Positions 1 through 9,167 of a DNA stretch of 32,000 nt are shown here, in pieces. This DNA comes from Clostridiales bacterium 38-18 (GTDB lineage: Bacteria > Bacillota > Clostridia > Peptostreptococcales > Acidaminobacteraceae): the NCBI GenBank assembly GCA_001897605.1, contig MKTL01000002.1:270683-302682 (forward strand), in the 5' to 3' direction. The notes beneath the pieces were generated by a model. The model saw nothing but the letters and a program-made list of their open reading frames with translations. It was not told where the DNA came from and searched no databases. Position numbers and translations under genes: made by a program. Each line of letters starts with the position of its first letter. Position 1 is the stretch's first letter.

Positions 1-67
1 GATGACCATTTTGTCAATGGCGCATCTATCCTTTTTGATTGTACAAAAATTTATTTATAACTATTAT

Positions 68-1060
68 TTATACCGCCAAATGGTGTTGATGTGCAAGTGA
101 GTTGATGGCAGAAAAGATAAAAGTAGCTGCTAAATTCGCAGTGATATTATCATTATCAAATCTTGGCGATACCTCAGCAATATCAAAAAGTACCACCTTA
201 CCAGTTCTAAAAATATGCTTAAAGAATCTCAATATTCTCTCTGGCTGAAGACCAAGCGGCTGTGTTGCACTGACACCAGGTGCAAACGCAGAGGAGAATA
301 CATCCGTACAAATGGTGAGATAGATTTCATCTTGTTTAATTAAATAGGCATCAAGCTTTGTCATAGCATCTGTCAAATCGCCTTCGCCAATATCCTTTGC
401 CATTAAATACTCAGCACCCATGGCTTCAGCAGTCTTAAAAAGATCCACCGTATTGCCTCTTTTTTGTATGCCAATTGCAAAGTAGTTAAAGGCCTTGTCA
501 ATTCGATTTAGGTCATCGTATATTTGTCGAAACATCGTTCCTGAGGTGCCAAATTCTGGATAGGGACGAATATCGAAATGTGCATCAAAGTTGATTATCC
601 CGGGGTATTTATTATTTCTCATCAAACCCTTATAGTCGCCATATGCAACCTCGTGTCCACCGCCCAGTACGATTGGAAATAATCCGAGGTTCTTTAAAAG
701 TGCTACAGCAAGGCTCAGAGCCTCCTGGCTGGCTTCAAGATTCCCATCGTCACAATGTATATTACCAGCATCAAACAATCTGAAATCTTGAGTAAAACAG
801 CAGGGCAATCCACAGAGCTCTTTGCGGATACTATTTGGTCCCTTAGCTGCCCCTGTTCGACCAAGGTTTCGTCTTACGCCCTCGTCGCTACTAAAGCCCA
901 AAATAGCCACACCTGCTTTGAACTCTGGAAGTATAATGCTTGGCGCATTTAAATCTAGTGGTAATATCCATTGATGCCATCTGAATGCATCATAATTGGT
1001 GGTAGAATCTACTCTACCTGTCCACGCCGATAAATCTGGCGCTATATATTTTTCAATCAT
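68..1060 (-). CDS. hutG: formimidoylglutamase (arginase/ureohydrolase superfamily)
   Basis: ORF 68..1105. Ureohydrolase metal-site motifs GGGHEVAYG, NFDAHFD and CTDVFSSAFAPGVSA. N-terminal WTGRVD...FRWHQW is typical of HutG rather than arginase or agmatinase. Start moved to ATG 1060 (MIEKYIAPDL), which has GAGG about 7 nt upstream; the 15 extra N-terminal residues in the track lack an RBS. Confidence 0.72.
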   Translation of the reverse strand: MIEKYIAPDLSAWTGRVDSTTNYDAFRWHQWILPLDLNAPSIILPEFKAGVAILGFSSDEGVRRNLGRTGAAKGPNSIRKELCGLPCCFTQDFRLFDAGNIHCDDGNLEASQEALSLAVALLKNLGLFPIVLGGGHEVAYGDYKGLMRNNKYPGIINFDAHFDIRPYPEFGTSGTMFRQIYDDLNRIDKAFNYFAIGIQKRGNTVDLFKTAEAMGAEYLMAKDIGEGDLTDAMTKLDAYLIKQDEIYLTICTDVFSSAFAPGVSATQPLGLQPERILRFFKHIFRTGKVVLFDIAEVSPRFDNDNITANLAATFIFSAINSLAHQHHLAV

Positions 1061-1264
1061 TTGTATGCCTCGATTCAAAATAAAGATTATAAAACTTTTA
1101 ATCAATTATATCATTATACAGTATACCTAATAACAGACTATTTTACGTCATGCAAAACCTAACATTTTCTTAAAAAATTGACGAAACTGTTATAGGCACA
1201 TAAAAATTGGTATGATAAGATAGTAATATAAATAATTCGGGTGTCAAAATTTTAGGAGGCGGAT

Positions 1265-2719
1265 ATGCAATTAAAGTTAGTAGACAAGCTAAAGGCGGAA
1301 GCGCTCGATGCCCTCATCATCGGGGTAACTGAAAATCAAGAAGTCATAGAAAACAGTGAACTCAATTTGAGTCTATTAAAAGAAAAACAGTTATTTGAGG
1401 GAAAAACAGGTGAGAGCTTTACAGCGACAGTATTAAAAGAAGGTAGCATTCATCATTTGATCCTACTGGGATTAGGCTCGGAAGAGTCGTTTAATTTGAC
1501 AAAAGTAATTAAGACTTTGGCAACACTTATTAAGGATCAAAAAAAGAAGAAGGTTGCGACGATTGGTATAGACTTTTCAATGCTTTCAAAGGTAACAGAA
1601 GCTGGGAATAAACTACAAAGACAGCTCTTTAGTGGCATTGCCATGTGTGATTATGAGTTTAACGACTATAAAACTGATGCGAAGCCATCAACACTTGAAA
1701 CGATTGAAATATTAAACAACTCGTATAATACGCAGGCTTTTGAAGAAGCGGTTTTATTAGGTGAAACCAATGTGTTTTCAAGAATGCTAACCAATATGCC
1801 TGCCAATATAATGACCCCTGAAAAGCTTGCTGATCTAGCAGTCAGCTATGCTGAAGGGTCACAATTAGAGATTGAAATAAAGGAACAAAATGAAATAGAA
1901 GCTTTGGGGATGAAGTCGTACTTAGCGGTAGCGAAAGGTTCGTCAAACCCGCCAAAACTCATCGTTATGAGACATAAAGGAGATCCAGATTCTGATAAAG
2001 TATTTGGATTTGTTGGAAAGGGATTAACCTATGATTCTGGTGGTTTATCCATCAAACCAACTGCATCTATGGTAAATATGAAGGATGATATGGGCGGAGC
2101 CAGCGCAGTAATAGCAGCAATGGGTGCCATCTCTAAGCTAGGTCTAAAGGTTAACGTAGTCGGTGTCGTTGCCGCATGTGAAAATATGATTTCTGGAATC
2201 AGCTATAAACCAGGTGATATCATTGAGTCTATGGGTGGCAAAACCATATATATCGGTAATACTGATGCCGAAGGTCGCTTGACTTTAATTGATGCAGTGA
2301 CCTATGTTCAAAAAATTGAAGGCGCAACACATGTCGTTGACATTGCAACGTTGACTGGCGCTGCAATCCATTGTCTTGGCTCAGAGGCAGCGCCAGTGGT
2401 TACAAATAATGAAGATTTTTACTTTGCAGTTGAAAAGGCCTTTGAAAAGGCAAATGAGAAAATTTGGATGATGCCTGTTTTCGATGAGTATAAAGAGCTT
2501 GTTAAACACGATCAAGCAGATTTAACGAATACAGCGGGATCACCAGGGACCATAACAGCAGGTTTATTTATTGGAGAGTTTGCAAAGGATATACCGTGGG
2601 TACACATAGATATAGCAGGTACTGCTTTTAAAGAAAAAGCCGAAGGCATTTATTCTAAAGGTGGTACGGGCTCAGGTGCAATTCCATTGGTTTATTTAGC
2701 AAAAAAAATGAGTAAATAG
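1265..2719 (+). CDS. pepA: leucyl aminopeptidase, M17 family
   Basis: 484 aa. M17 signature NTDAEGRLTL, plus VGKGLTYDSGG and DMGGA metal/active-site blocks. GGAGG lies 5 nt upstream of the ATG. Confidence 0.9.
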   Translation: MQLKLVDKLKAEALDALIIGVTENQEVIENSELNLSLLKEKQLFEGKTGESFTATVLKEGSIHHLILLGLGSEESFNLTKVIKTLATLIKDQKKKKVATIGIDFSMLSKVTEAGNKLQRQLFSGIAMCDYEFNDYKTDAKPSTLETIEILNNSYNTQAFEEAVLLGETNVFSRMLTNMPANIMTPEKLADLAVSYAEGSQLEIEIKEQNEIEALGMKSYLAVAKGSSNPPKLIVMRHKGDPDSDKVFGFVGKGLTYDSGGLSIKPTASMVNMKDDMGGASAVIAAMGAISKLGLKVNVVGVVAACENMISGISYKPGDIIESMGGKTIYIGNTDAEGRLTLIDAVTYVQKIEGATHVVDIATLTGAAIHCLGSEAAPVVTNNEDFYFAVEKAFEKANEKIWMMPVFDEYKELVKHDQADLTNTAGSPGTITAGLFIGEFAKDIPWVHIDIAGTAFKEKAEGIYSKGGTGSGAIPLVYLAKKMSK

Positions 2720-2730
2720 TGAGGTTAATT

Positions 2731-3222
2731 ATGTTAAAGAGAGATGTGGAAGTATTCAAACAGGCTATTCTTAATGAGGTAGAGGGCTATGAGTTTTACA
2801 AAATGGCTGCATATAACACCCCAGAAGAGGAAGTGAAAAAGGCATTTTTGAATTTAGCAAACGAAGAACTTAAGCACATCGATTGGTTGAAGGATGCATT
2901 TAAAAAATTAAGTGGCAATCCTGAAGATCAAACAACATTAGCTCTAATTGAAAATCCACCAAGTCCGCAAATTTTCAAATGGGACAATCTACAAAATAAA
3001 AATGCCAATCTCTCGGTTTCTGTCTTCGGTATTGGTATCGAAATGGAGAGAGCTTCGGTTAGCTTTTATGAAAAAGCAAAGGCTGAAACCCCTTATGAGG
3101 TTGCAAAGCAGCTTTTTGATGTCTTAGCAAAATGGGAAAAGGTACATTTGGATCAATTCTCAGCAGTATATGAAGACTTGATTAAAGATTGGTGGTCAGA
3201 TCAAGGCTTTGAACCATTTTAA
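2731..3222 (+). CDS. ferritin-like / rubrerythrin-family di-iron four-helix-bundle protein
   Basis: Two E...ExxH pairs (EVEGYEF...EELKH and EMERAS...WEKVH), as in erythrin/ferritin-like di-iron sites. Start placed at ATG 2731 (MLKRDVE), which has GTGAGG 6 nt upstream, rather than the GTG at 2719 used by the track. Confidence 0.65.
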   Translation: MLKRDVEVFKQAILNEVEGYEFYKMAAYNTPEEEVKKAFLNLANEELKHIDWLKDAFKKLSGNPEDQTTLALIENPPSPQIFKWDNLQNKNANLSVSVFGIGIEMERASVSFYEKAKAETPYEVAKQLFDVLAKWEKVHLDQFSAVYEDLIKDWWSDQGFEPF

Positions 3223-3225
3223 CGT

Positions 3226-3735
3226 ATGACAGAGCTCGAAACAGATCGACTTAGAATTGTCCCATTGAACTTAGCGCTTTTTAAACTTTATCTGGAGGAT
3301 TATGGTAAGGTTCAAGAAAAACTAGGTGTCAAAATTACGATACCCAATCAAGATAACGATACGCAGACCTTGTTTGCAAATGCATATTATGCGGCGGAGT
3401 CGTTTCCGCAATTGATTCACTGGCTCACCAGCTGGGAAATTATTTCAAAAGCGGATAATGAAATCATTGGTAGTATCTGTTTTAAAGGACCGCCCAATAT
3501 GGAAGGGTCTGTAGAAATTGGTTACGAGATTTTTGAGCCATTTCGGTCGAAGGGATACGCAACGGAAGCGGTTAATGCAGTTATAGGTTGGGCACTGTCT
3601 ATACCAGATGTTAAAAGGGTATTGGCAAGGGTTTCAGAAAAAAATATCGCATCGATAAAGGTGCTAAGAACGCTCGCATTTAATTACTTTGATTTTGACA
3701 AAGAAATTCAATGGTGGGAGCGAAGTGCTGATTAG
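3226..3735 (+). CDS. GNAT family N-acetyltransferase (RimJ/RimL-like)
   Basis: 169 aa. N-terminal TDRLRIVPL opening is typical of RimJ/RimL-like GNATs. The motif A region is FRSKGYATEAVNAVIGWAL. The RBS is weak. Confidence 0.7.
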   Translation: MTELETDRLRIVPLNLALFKLYLEDYGKVQEKLGVKITIPNQDNDTQTLFANAYYAAESFPQLIHWLTSWEIISKADNEIIGSICFKGPPNMEGSVEIGYEIFEPFRSKGYATEAVNAVIGWALSIPDVKRVLARVSEKNIASIKVLRTLAFNYFDFDKEIQWWERSAD

Positions 3736-3742
3736 TTAATAG

Positions 3743-3782
3743 ACCTACCTCATGTGAAAACATATAAGAGGTAGGTTTTTTA
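3743..3782 (+). terminator. rho-independent terminator after the GNAT gene
   Basis: 9-bp stem ACCTACCTC (3743-3751) / GAGGTAGGT (3768-3776), followed by TTTTTTATT. Confidence 0.75.
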
Positions 3783-3854
3783 TTGCTCATAAGCTCTATG
3801 GACATCTGAACTGATATTTATTAAAATAGAGACATGAATCTCGGAGGTGAACGA

Positions 3855-4580
3855 ATGCTTAAGGAAACAGACCTACATGTCCCTGTAAAGGATTGGCTTG
3901 AGGGACAAGGCTGTAAAGTAAGATCTGAAGTGAAGTCGATTGATATGGTTGGGCTGTATGATGAATCGACTTTAATCGCCGTTGAGATGAAGCTAAAACT
4001 AAATCTAGAAGTCATCAATCAGGCTGTTGAAAGACAGGGCTATGTTGATGCAGTCTATATAGCCGTTGTACATGATTTTAAAGCATTTGCAAGTAAGCGA
4101 TTTAACGCAACCTTATTGACCTTAAAGCGACTGAATATAGGTCTACTCGTGGTAAATTTTAGATCGACTGAGCCGTATTGCTACGAAGTATTAAAACCCG
4201 AAAGCTTTGATTTTGAAAGAAGCCGCAAAGCAAAGAAAAATAGGCGGGCGACATTGGTTAAGGAATTTAACCGTAGAAGTGGTGATTTTAATCGGGCAGG
4301 TTCAAAGTCAGAGAAGCTGATGACTGCCTATCGCGAGGAGTGCTTATTGATTGCTCATTTTATGTCAAGTGAAGGACTTAGTCGTGCAAATGAGTTTCAG
4401 TTTCTTGGTATGAAAACACAAAAAGCGAGTGGCATATTGAGTAAGAACTTCCATGGTTGGTTTGAAAAGGTAGATAAAGGCATATACAAGCTCTCAGCTG
4501 AAGGTCACGCTGCGTTGTCCTCTAGCAAGTCCATAGTCGATTTTATACTTTCCGAAAGAGAAGGGACCTCTCATGATTGA
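3855..4580 (+). CDS. PD-(D/E)xK nuclease-fold-like protein with a basic, probably wHTH C-terminal half (recalled as DUF2161-like, unverified)
   Basis: N-terminus ETDLH...SIDMVG...IAVEMKLK fits an E / D / ExK restriction-endonuclease-like pattern. A basic stretch RSRKAKKNRR follows. Start placed at ATG 3855 (GGAGG 7 nt upstream) instead of 3834. The stop overlaps the start of the next gene (ATGATTGA). Confidence 0.5.
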   Translation: MLKETDLHVPVKDWLEGQGCKVRSEVKSIDMVGLYDESTLIAVEMKLKLNLEVINQAVERQGYVDAVYIAVVHDFKAFASKRFNATLLTLKRLNIGLLVVNFRSTEPYCYEVLKPESFDFERSRKAKKNRRATLVKEFNRRSGDFNRAGSKSEKLMTAYREECLLIAHFMSSEGLSRANEFQFLGMKTQKASGILSKNFHGWFEKVDKGIYKLSAEGHAALSSSKSIVDFILSEREGTSHD

Positions 4581-5844
4581 TTCTCATCAATATTCTAAAG
4601 TACAGATAACGAAGATGCTACTAATTGCTTTTGTTGATGCAGTTGTATCTGGCTTTTATTTAAAAATTTTTCCATTAGACTATACAATTAACCTAGCGGT
4701 AGTGATCCTACCTATTTATTACTATTTAGATAGAAGACTATTACCAGCGGTCACTGCCATTTTCATCGCAGCATTTGGTTTGTTTTTCAGAACCATGACG
4801 GGTTTCTACTATTATGGTAGCTTTGCGAATGCCTTTTGGTCTGATTTCAACTTTATGTTTTTTGACATAACCTACGGTATTATTTTTACACTTCTATATT
4901 ATATGAATGAACAAAAAACCTTATATACCTTTTTTCTTGCAGCACTTGCAAGTGATTTTTTGGGGAATGCTGCAGAGTTTATATCTAGGTATGGTATAGA
5001 AGAATATTTTTCGGGTTCTGTGATGGCAACCTTGATGTTTGTGGCCGTTACAAGAGCATCAATTGCAGTTCTTTTAATCAGTGCAATTAAGTATTACAAT
5101 TCATTTTTAAGGAAAGAGGAGCATGATGAGCGATATAGGATGCAAATTAACCTATTATCAGAGCTAAGAGGCGAAATCTATTTCTTAAAAAACAATACAG
5201 AGCATGTTGAGTCAGTTATGGACGAGGCATTTGGCTTATATCGTGAATACGATCAATTATCAGCTGAAGCACAGAAAAACAAAGCGCTTAACATTGCTAA
5301 GAACGTACATGAGATTAAAAAAAATTATTTTAAAGTAATTGATGGAATAGATGAAATTATTATCAACGAAACCCCCTTTGATCGACTAAATCTTAGTGAT
5401 CTCGTAAAAATGCTATATATGAGTACGCTGAGAGAGCTTGAAAATGAGAAGAAGCATGTGATTTTATATTTTGATGTTCACAGCACATCGCCTATTCATG
5501 AGCACAGCATGCTGATGTCAGTGCTCAGAAATTTAATCAACAATGCAGTGGAGGCTATTAAATCAGAGGGTGAGGTAAGGCTGACCCATAATGAAGATGA
5601 ATCAAAGCATTTTTTTACAATCAGTGATAATGGTTGTGGAATAAGTGAAGAGTTAATCGATTATATATTTAAACCTGGCTATTCCACAAAATACAACGAT
5701 GAAACTGGACATTCCAATAGAGGAATCGGTTTGTCTTTGGTTTTAGATATTGTCGAAAAGTACTTTGAAGGTGAAATTGAAGTAACTTCAAACGTTGGAA
5801 TAGGAACACAGTTCAGAATTCTAATCCCTAAAAATAAAGTCTAA
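4573..5844 (+). CDS. membrane sensor histidine kinase (GHKL ATPase; GlnK/YcbA-like)
   Basis: About 170 aa of N-terminal hydrophobic helices. Candidate phospho-His box AKNVHEIKKNYF. HATPase N box LRNLINNAVEA, G1 box SDNGCGI and G2 box GIGLSLV. Overlaps the upstream gene by 8 nt. Confidence 0.85.
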   Translation: MIDSHQYSKVQITKMLLIAFVDAVVSGFYLKIFPLDYTINLAVVILPIYYYLDRRLLPAVTAIFIAAFGLFFRTMTGFYYYGSFANAFWSDFNFMFFDITYGIIFTLLYYMNEQKTLYTFFLAALASDFLGNAAEFISRYGIEEYFSGSVMATLMFVAVTRASIAVLLISAIKYYNSFLRKEEHDERYRMQINLLSELRGEIYFLKNNTEHVESVMDEAFGLYREYDQLSAEAQKNKALNIAKNVHEIKKNYFKVIDGIDEIIINETPFDRLNLSDLVKMLYMSTLRELENEKKHVILYFDVHSTSPIHEHSMLMSVLRNLINNAVEAIKSEGEVRLTHNEDESKHFFTISDNGCGISEELIDYIFKPGYSTKYNDETGHSNRGIGLSLVLDIVEKYFEGEIEVTSNVGIGTQFRILIPKNKV

Positions 5845-5859
5845 GAAGCGGAGCATAAG

Positions 5860-6717
5860 ATGAAAATATATATTGTAGATGATGATGTGAGCATTATCAA
5901 AATGGTTGAAGAGATTATTTTAGACAGTGAATTAGGTGAAATTATAGGAACCTGCAGCTCCAGCTTAACGGCACTTGATGAAATATGTTTACTGAAGCCA
6001 GATATTTTAATAGTTGACCTGCTTATGCCTGAGCTCGATGGTATTTCACTTGTTGAAAGATTTAAGCGCGTGTGTCCAGATAGCAAATGTATTATGGTCT
6101 CTCAGGTATCTTCGAAAAAAATTGTAGGCGACGCTTATGAAAAGGGAATTACATTCTTTATAAGTAAGCCTGTTAATAAAAAAGAGATCCGTCAGGTAAT
6201 AAAGAATTTGACCGATCAAATTATTTTAGAATCCAATTTTAAGAAAATCAAACAGGTGCTTTCATTTGAAGAGCTGCCAATTAGAAGTAAAACCACTCAC
6301 CATACCACACATTTAGGTCAAGATCTTGAAAAGAAGTTTCGAATGGTATTCTCGAGGCTTGGAATTCTCGGTGAGGTTGGCTGCGATGACATTTTAAAGC
6401 TCTGTATGCATATGATTGATACTAATGGTCAAGGCAGTACCTTAAAGCTTAAGGATCTATCGGAGCAGCTATCTGAAAATCCTAAGGCAATGGAGCAGCG
6501 AATTCGAAGAACAGTAAACAAGGGACTGAGTAATATCGCCAACCTCGGAATCGAAGACTATCTCAATGAAACCTATGTCAAATACAGCAATACACTATTC
6601 GATTTTGATCAGGTAAGGCTTGAAATGGAATCGATTAGAGGAAAAAAGGGAACTGGCGGTAAAATCAATATTAAGAAATTTTTGGATAACCTTATCTTGA
6701 TTGTTGAAGAAATGTAA
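5860..6717 (+). CDS. response regulator: receiver domain plus YcbB/GlnL-type C-terminal domain
   Basis: REC motifs IYIVDDD, ILIVDLLMPELDG and SKP. The roughly 165-aa C-terminal half (FRMVFSRLGILGEVGCDDILKL...) is not an OmpR, NarL or LytTR output. I recall it resembling B. subtilis GlnL (YcbB). Confidence 0.75.
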   Translation: MKIYIVDDDVSIIKMVEEIILDSELGEIIGTCSSSLTALDEICLLKPDILIVDLLMPELDGISLVERFKRVCPDSKCIMVSQVSSKKIVGDAYEKGITFFISKPVNKKEIRQVIKNLTDQIILESNFKKIKQVLSFEELPIRSKTTHHTTHLGQDLEKKFRMVFSRLGILGEVGCDDILKLCMHMIDTNGQGSTLKLKDLSEQLSENPKAMEQRIRRTVNKGLSNIANLGIEDYLNETYVKYSNTLFDFDQVRLEMESIRGKKGTGGKINIKKFLDNLILIVEEM

Positions 6718-6766
6718 AAAAAGTTTACAATTTTCAGAAATCGAAATGTATTTTTTTGAATTATTT

Positions 6767-6795
6767 TAATTTTTTTAGAAGCGATTAAATATAAT
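6767..6795 (+). promoter_or_regulatory. putative activator-dependent promoter for the NhaC-family gene
   Basis: Consensus TATAAT at 6790-6795. Poor -35 (TAATTT, 6767-6772) at 17-nt spacing. T-rich near-repeats ATTTTTTTGAA and ATTTTTTTAGAA lie just upstream. Confidence 0.3.
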
Positions 6796-6855
6796 TAACA
6801 TAATGATAAGGGGAACAGTTCTCTATCAAATGAAAAAAGGGGGAAAATTTTCATT

Positions 6856-8253
6856 ATGGAAAAACGTAGAGTATCACCATGGATTGCACTTATTCCAGTA
6901 ATATTTGTTATTGTATCATTGTATTATGCAATTCAAGTAATTGGGGCTTCACCACACATTCCATTATTCACTTCAGCGATCGTTGCAGCACTTATAGGTA
7001 TGACAGTGCTAAAAATGAAATGGTCTGAAATTGAAGAGGGTATCGTAGAAACAATTAAGATGTCTATGGGTGCAATTATTATCCTGATGATTATCGGTAT
7101 GGTAATCGGTACATGGATTCTTTCTGGGGTTGTACCAACAATGATTTATTACGGACTTAAAGTTTTATCTCCTAAAATTTTCTTATTTGCAACTTTAATT
7201 ATGTGTTCAGTCGTTTCTTTAGCGACAGGATCTTCATGGACGACAGCAGGTACAGTTGGTATTGCACTTATGGGTATCGGGATGAGCTTAAACATACCTG
7301 CTCATGTAATCGGTGGTGCTATTATTTCAGGGTCTTATTTTGGCGATAAAATGTCGCCTTTGTCTGATACGACAAACCTTGCACCAGCAATGGCAGGCGC
7401 TAAATTGTTTGATCATATCAAGCACATGATTTATACAACTGGTCCATCTTATATCATTGCTTCAATTTTATTTATCATCGTCGGCTTTGGATATTCTGCA
7501 GACGGCCTTGATATGACAGTTATTAATCAAATTAACGAAGGCTTACAAGCTAACTTTACGATTAACCCACTTTTATTGTTAGTACCAGTGCTTGTAATCG
7601 GTATCGTTGTTGCTAAAGTTCCTGCTATTCCTGGATTATTTGGTGGCGCTTTACTTGGTGGTGTCGCTGCTATGGCGATTCAAGGCTCTTCATTAGGTGA
7701 TGTCGTTAACGCGCTTCACTATGGTTATGAATCGACAACTGGCATCGCAGTTATTGATGAATTACTAACTCGCGGTGGCTTAGATAGTATGATGTGGACA
7801 GTTTCCTTAATTCTTTGTGCCATGACCTTTGGTGGTGTAATGGAGAAAACAGGTATGCTTGAAGCTTTAGCAAACGTTATTTTAAGATTTGCGAAATCAA
7901 CTGGCTTATTGGTAACTTCAGTTATCCTTACTGCAATCGGCATGAACGTATTAGCTGGCGATCAATATCTTTCAATCGTTATTCCAGGCAGAATGTTCAA
8001 ACAAGCATTTGATGACAGAGGACTTGCTCCTAAAAACTTATCAAGATGTCTTGAAGACTCAGGTACACTTAGCTCACCACTTATTCCTTGGAATACATGC
8101 GGTGCGTTCATGATAGCAACTTTAGGGTTGACACCTTGGACATATGTACCTTATTGCTTCTTAAACTTAATCAACCCACTAGTATCAATTTTCTATGGTT
8201 TCACAGGTATTACTATGGAGAAAGCTGTGAAGGTTGAAGGTGCTGAAGCTTAA
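6856..8253 (+). CDS. nhaC: Na+/H+ antiporter NhaC-family transporter
   Basis: 465 aa, polytopic (at least 10 hydrophobic segments). Blocks typical of NhaC-family permeases: SGSYFGDKMSPLSDTTNLA and LSSPLIPWNTCGAF. GGGGGA RBS. Confidence 0.8.
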   Translation: MEKRRVSPWIALIPVIFVIVSLYYAIQVIGASPHIPLFTSAIVAALIGMTVLKMKWSEIEEGIVETIKMSMGAIIILMIIGMVIGTWILSGVVPTMIYYGLKVLSPKIFLFATLIMCSVVSLATGSSWTTAGTVGIALMGIGMSLNIPAHVIGGAIISGSYFGDKMSPLSDTTNLAPAMAGAKLFDHIKHMIYTTGPSYIIASILFIIVGFGYSADGLDMTVINQINEGLQANFTINPLLLLVPVLVIGIVVAKVPAIPGLFGGALLGGVAAMAIQGSSLGDVVNALHYGYESTTGIAVIDELLTRGGLDSMMWTVSLILCAMTFGGVMEKTGMLEALANVILRFAKSTGLLVTSVILTAIGMNVLAGDQYLSIVIPGRMFKQAFDDRGLAPKNLSRCLEDSGTLSSPLIPWNTCGAFMIATLGLTPWTYVPYCFLNLINPLVSIFYGFTGITMEKAVKVEGAEA

Positions 8254-8277
8254 TTCTTCTTTTATAATGAAAAACCT

Positions 8278-8316
8278 AAACTGTATCAAAGCATCGCTTT
8301 GATACAGTTTTTTATT
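8278..8316 (+). terminator. rho-independent terminator after nhaC
   Basis: 12-bp perfect stem CTGTATCAAAGC (8281-8292) / GCTTTGATACAG (8296-8307), flanked by AAA and TTTTTTATT. Confidence 0.85.
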
Positions 8317-8454
8317 GTAGTAAAACAAATAGGTAGATTAGAGGACACTGAGTAATAAAAAATTTCCTTTAGTAGCTGTCTCAATTTTCTGAATTCACTT
8401 TTATTATATAAGTAAAAATGCTATGCTTGACTATATATGTGATAGGAGAGCCCT

Positions 8455-9150
8455 ATGAAAATTCAAGATAAAGTGGTGAATTGCTTAGTTACAACAGCAC
8501 TGTTTAAAGGGATAGAGAAGCATGAACTTGCAAATATGTTAAACTGTTTAAATCCAAGAATTACTCAGTTTAAAAAAGGAGAAAGTATTGCCATCAGTGG
8601 CAATCCATTTAATGGACTCGGTATTGTTATTGAGGGTGAAGCGGTTATTGCAAAGGAGAACATCGCAGGCATAAGAGCGATATTAACGGTGCTCCATTCT
8701 GGAGATATGTTTGGCGAAATGATAAGTTTTTCAGATCGAAAAATTTGGCCAGTAAATGTAACCGCTCAAATGGACTGTGAGATCATTTTTATTTCACCTG
8801 AGAACATCATTAAAAATTGTGAAAAGATGTGTGATTCTCATCAAACGGTAATCTATAATATGCTAAGAATTATGTCTAGAAAGGCGCTTTTATTGACGCG
8901 AAAGGTGGATTATCTTTCCATTCGAAGCTTAAGGGGTAGGCTGTGTGCTTATTTAATAGAGCAATGGAAGGATCAAAATACTCCGATTTTCACGTTGCCA
9001 ATGAATCGAGATGCTCTTGCCGATTTTTTCAATGTTGCGAGACCATCCATCTCAAGAGAATTGAGTAAAATGAAAGAAGAGGGTTATATTGATTTTCATA
9101 AATCATCGTTTAAAATACTTGATTTAGAGGCCATGAAATCAGAAATATAA
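8455..9150 (+). CDS. Crp/Fnr family transcriptional regulator
   Basis: 231 aa. N-terminal cNMP-binding-like beta-barrel (GESIAISGNPFNGLGIVIEGEA...GDMFGEM). C-terminal HTH (RDALADFFNVARPSISRELSKMKEEGYI). No N-terminal Cys cluster, so it is not a classical O2-sensing Fnr. Confidence 0.85.
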   Translation: MKIQDKVVNCLVTTALFKGIEKHELANMLNCLNPRITQFKKGESIAISGNPFNGLGIVIEGEAVIAKENIAGIRAILTVLHSGDMFGEMISFSDRKIWPVNVTAQMDCEIIFISPENIIKNCEKMCDSHQTVIYNMLRIMSRKALLLTRKVDYLSIRSLRGRLCAYLIEQWKDQNTPIFTLPMNRDALADFFNVARPSISRELSKMKEEGYIDFHKSSFKILDLEAMKSEI

Positions 9151-9167
9151 ATGACTGGAGAAAAGTA

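Noticed and set aside
1-67. Possible start of a minus-strand gene running off the left edge (ATG at 9..7)
   Set aside because: Only three codons are visible, there is no convincing RBS, and it cannot be supported from this window.
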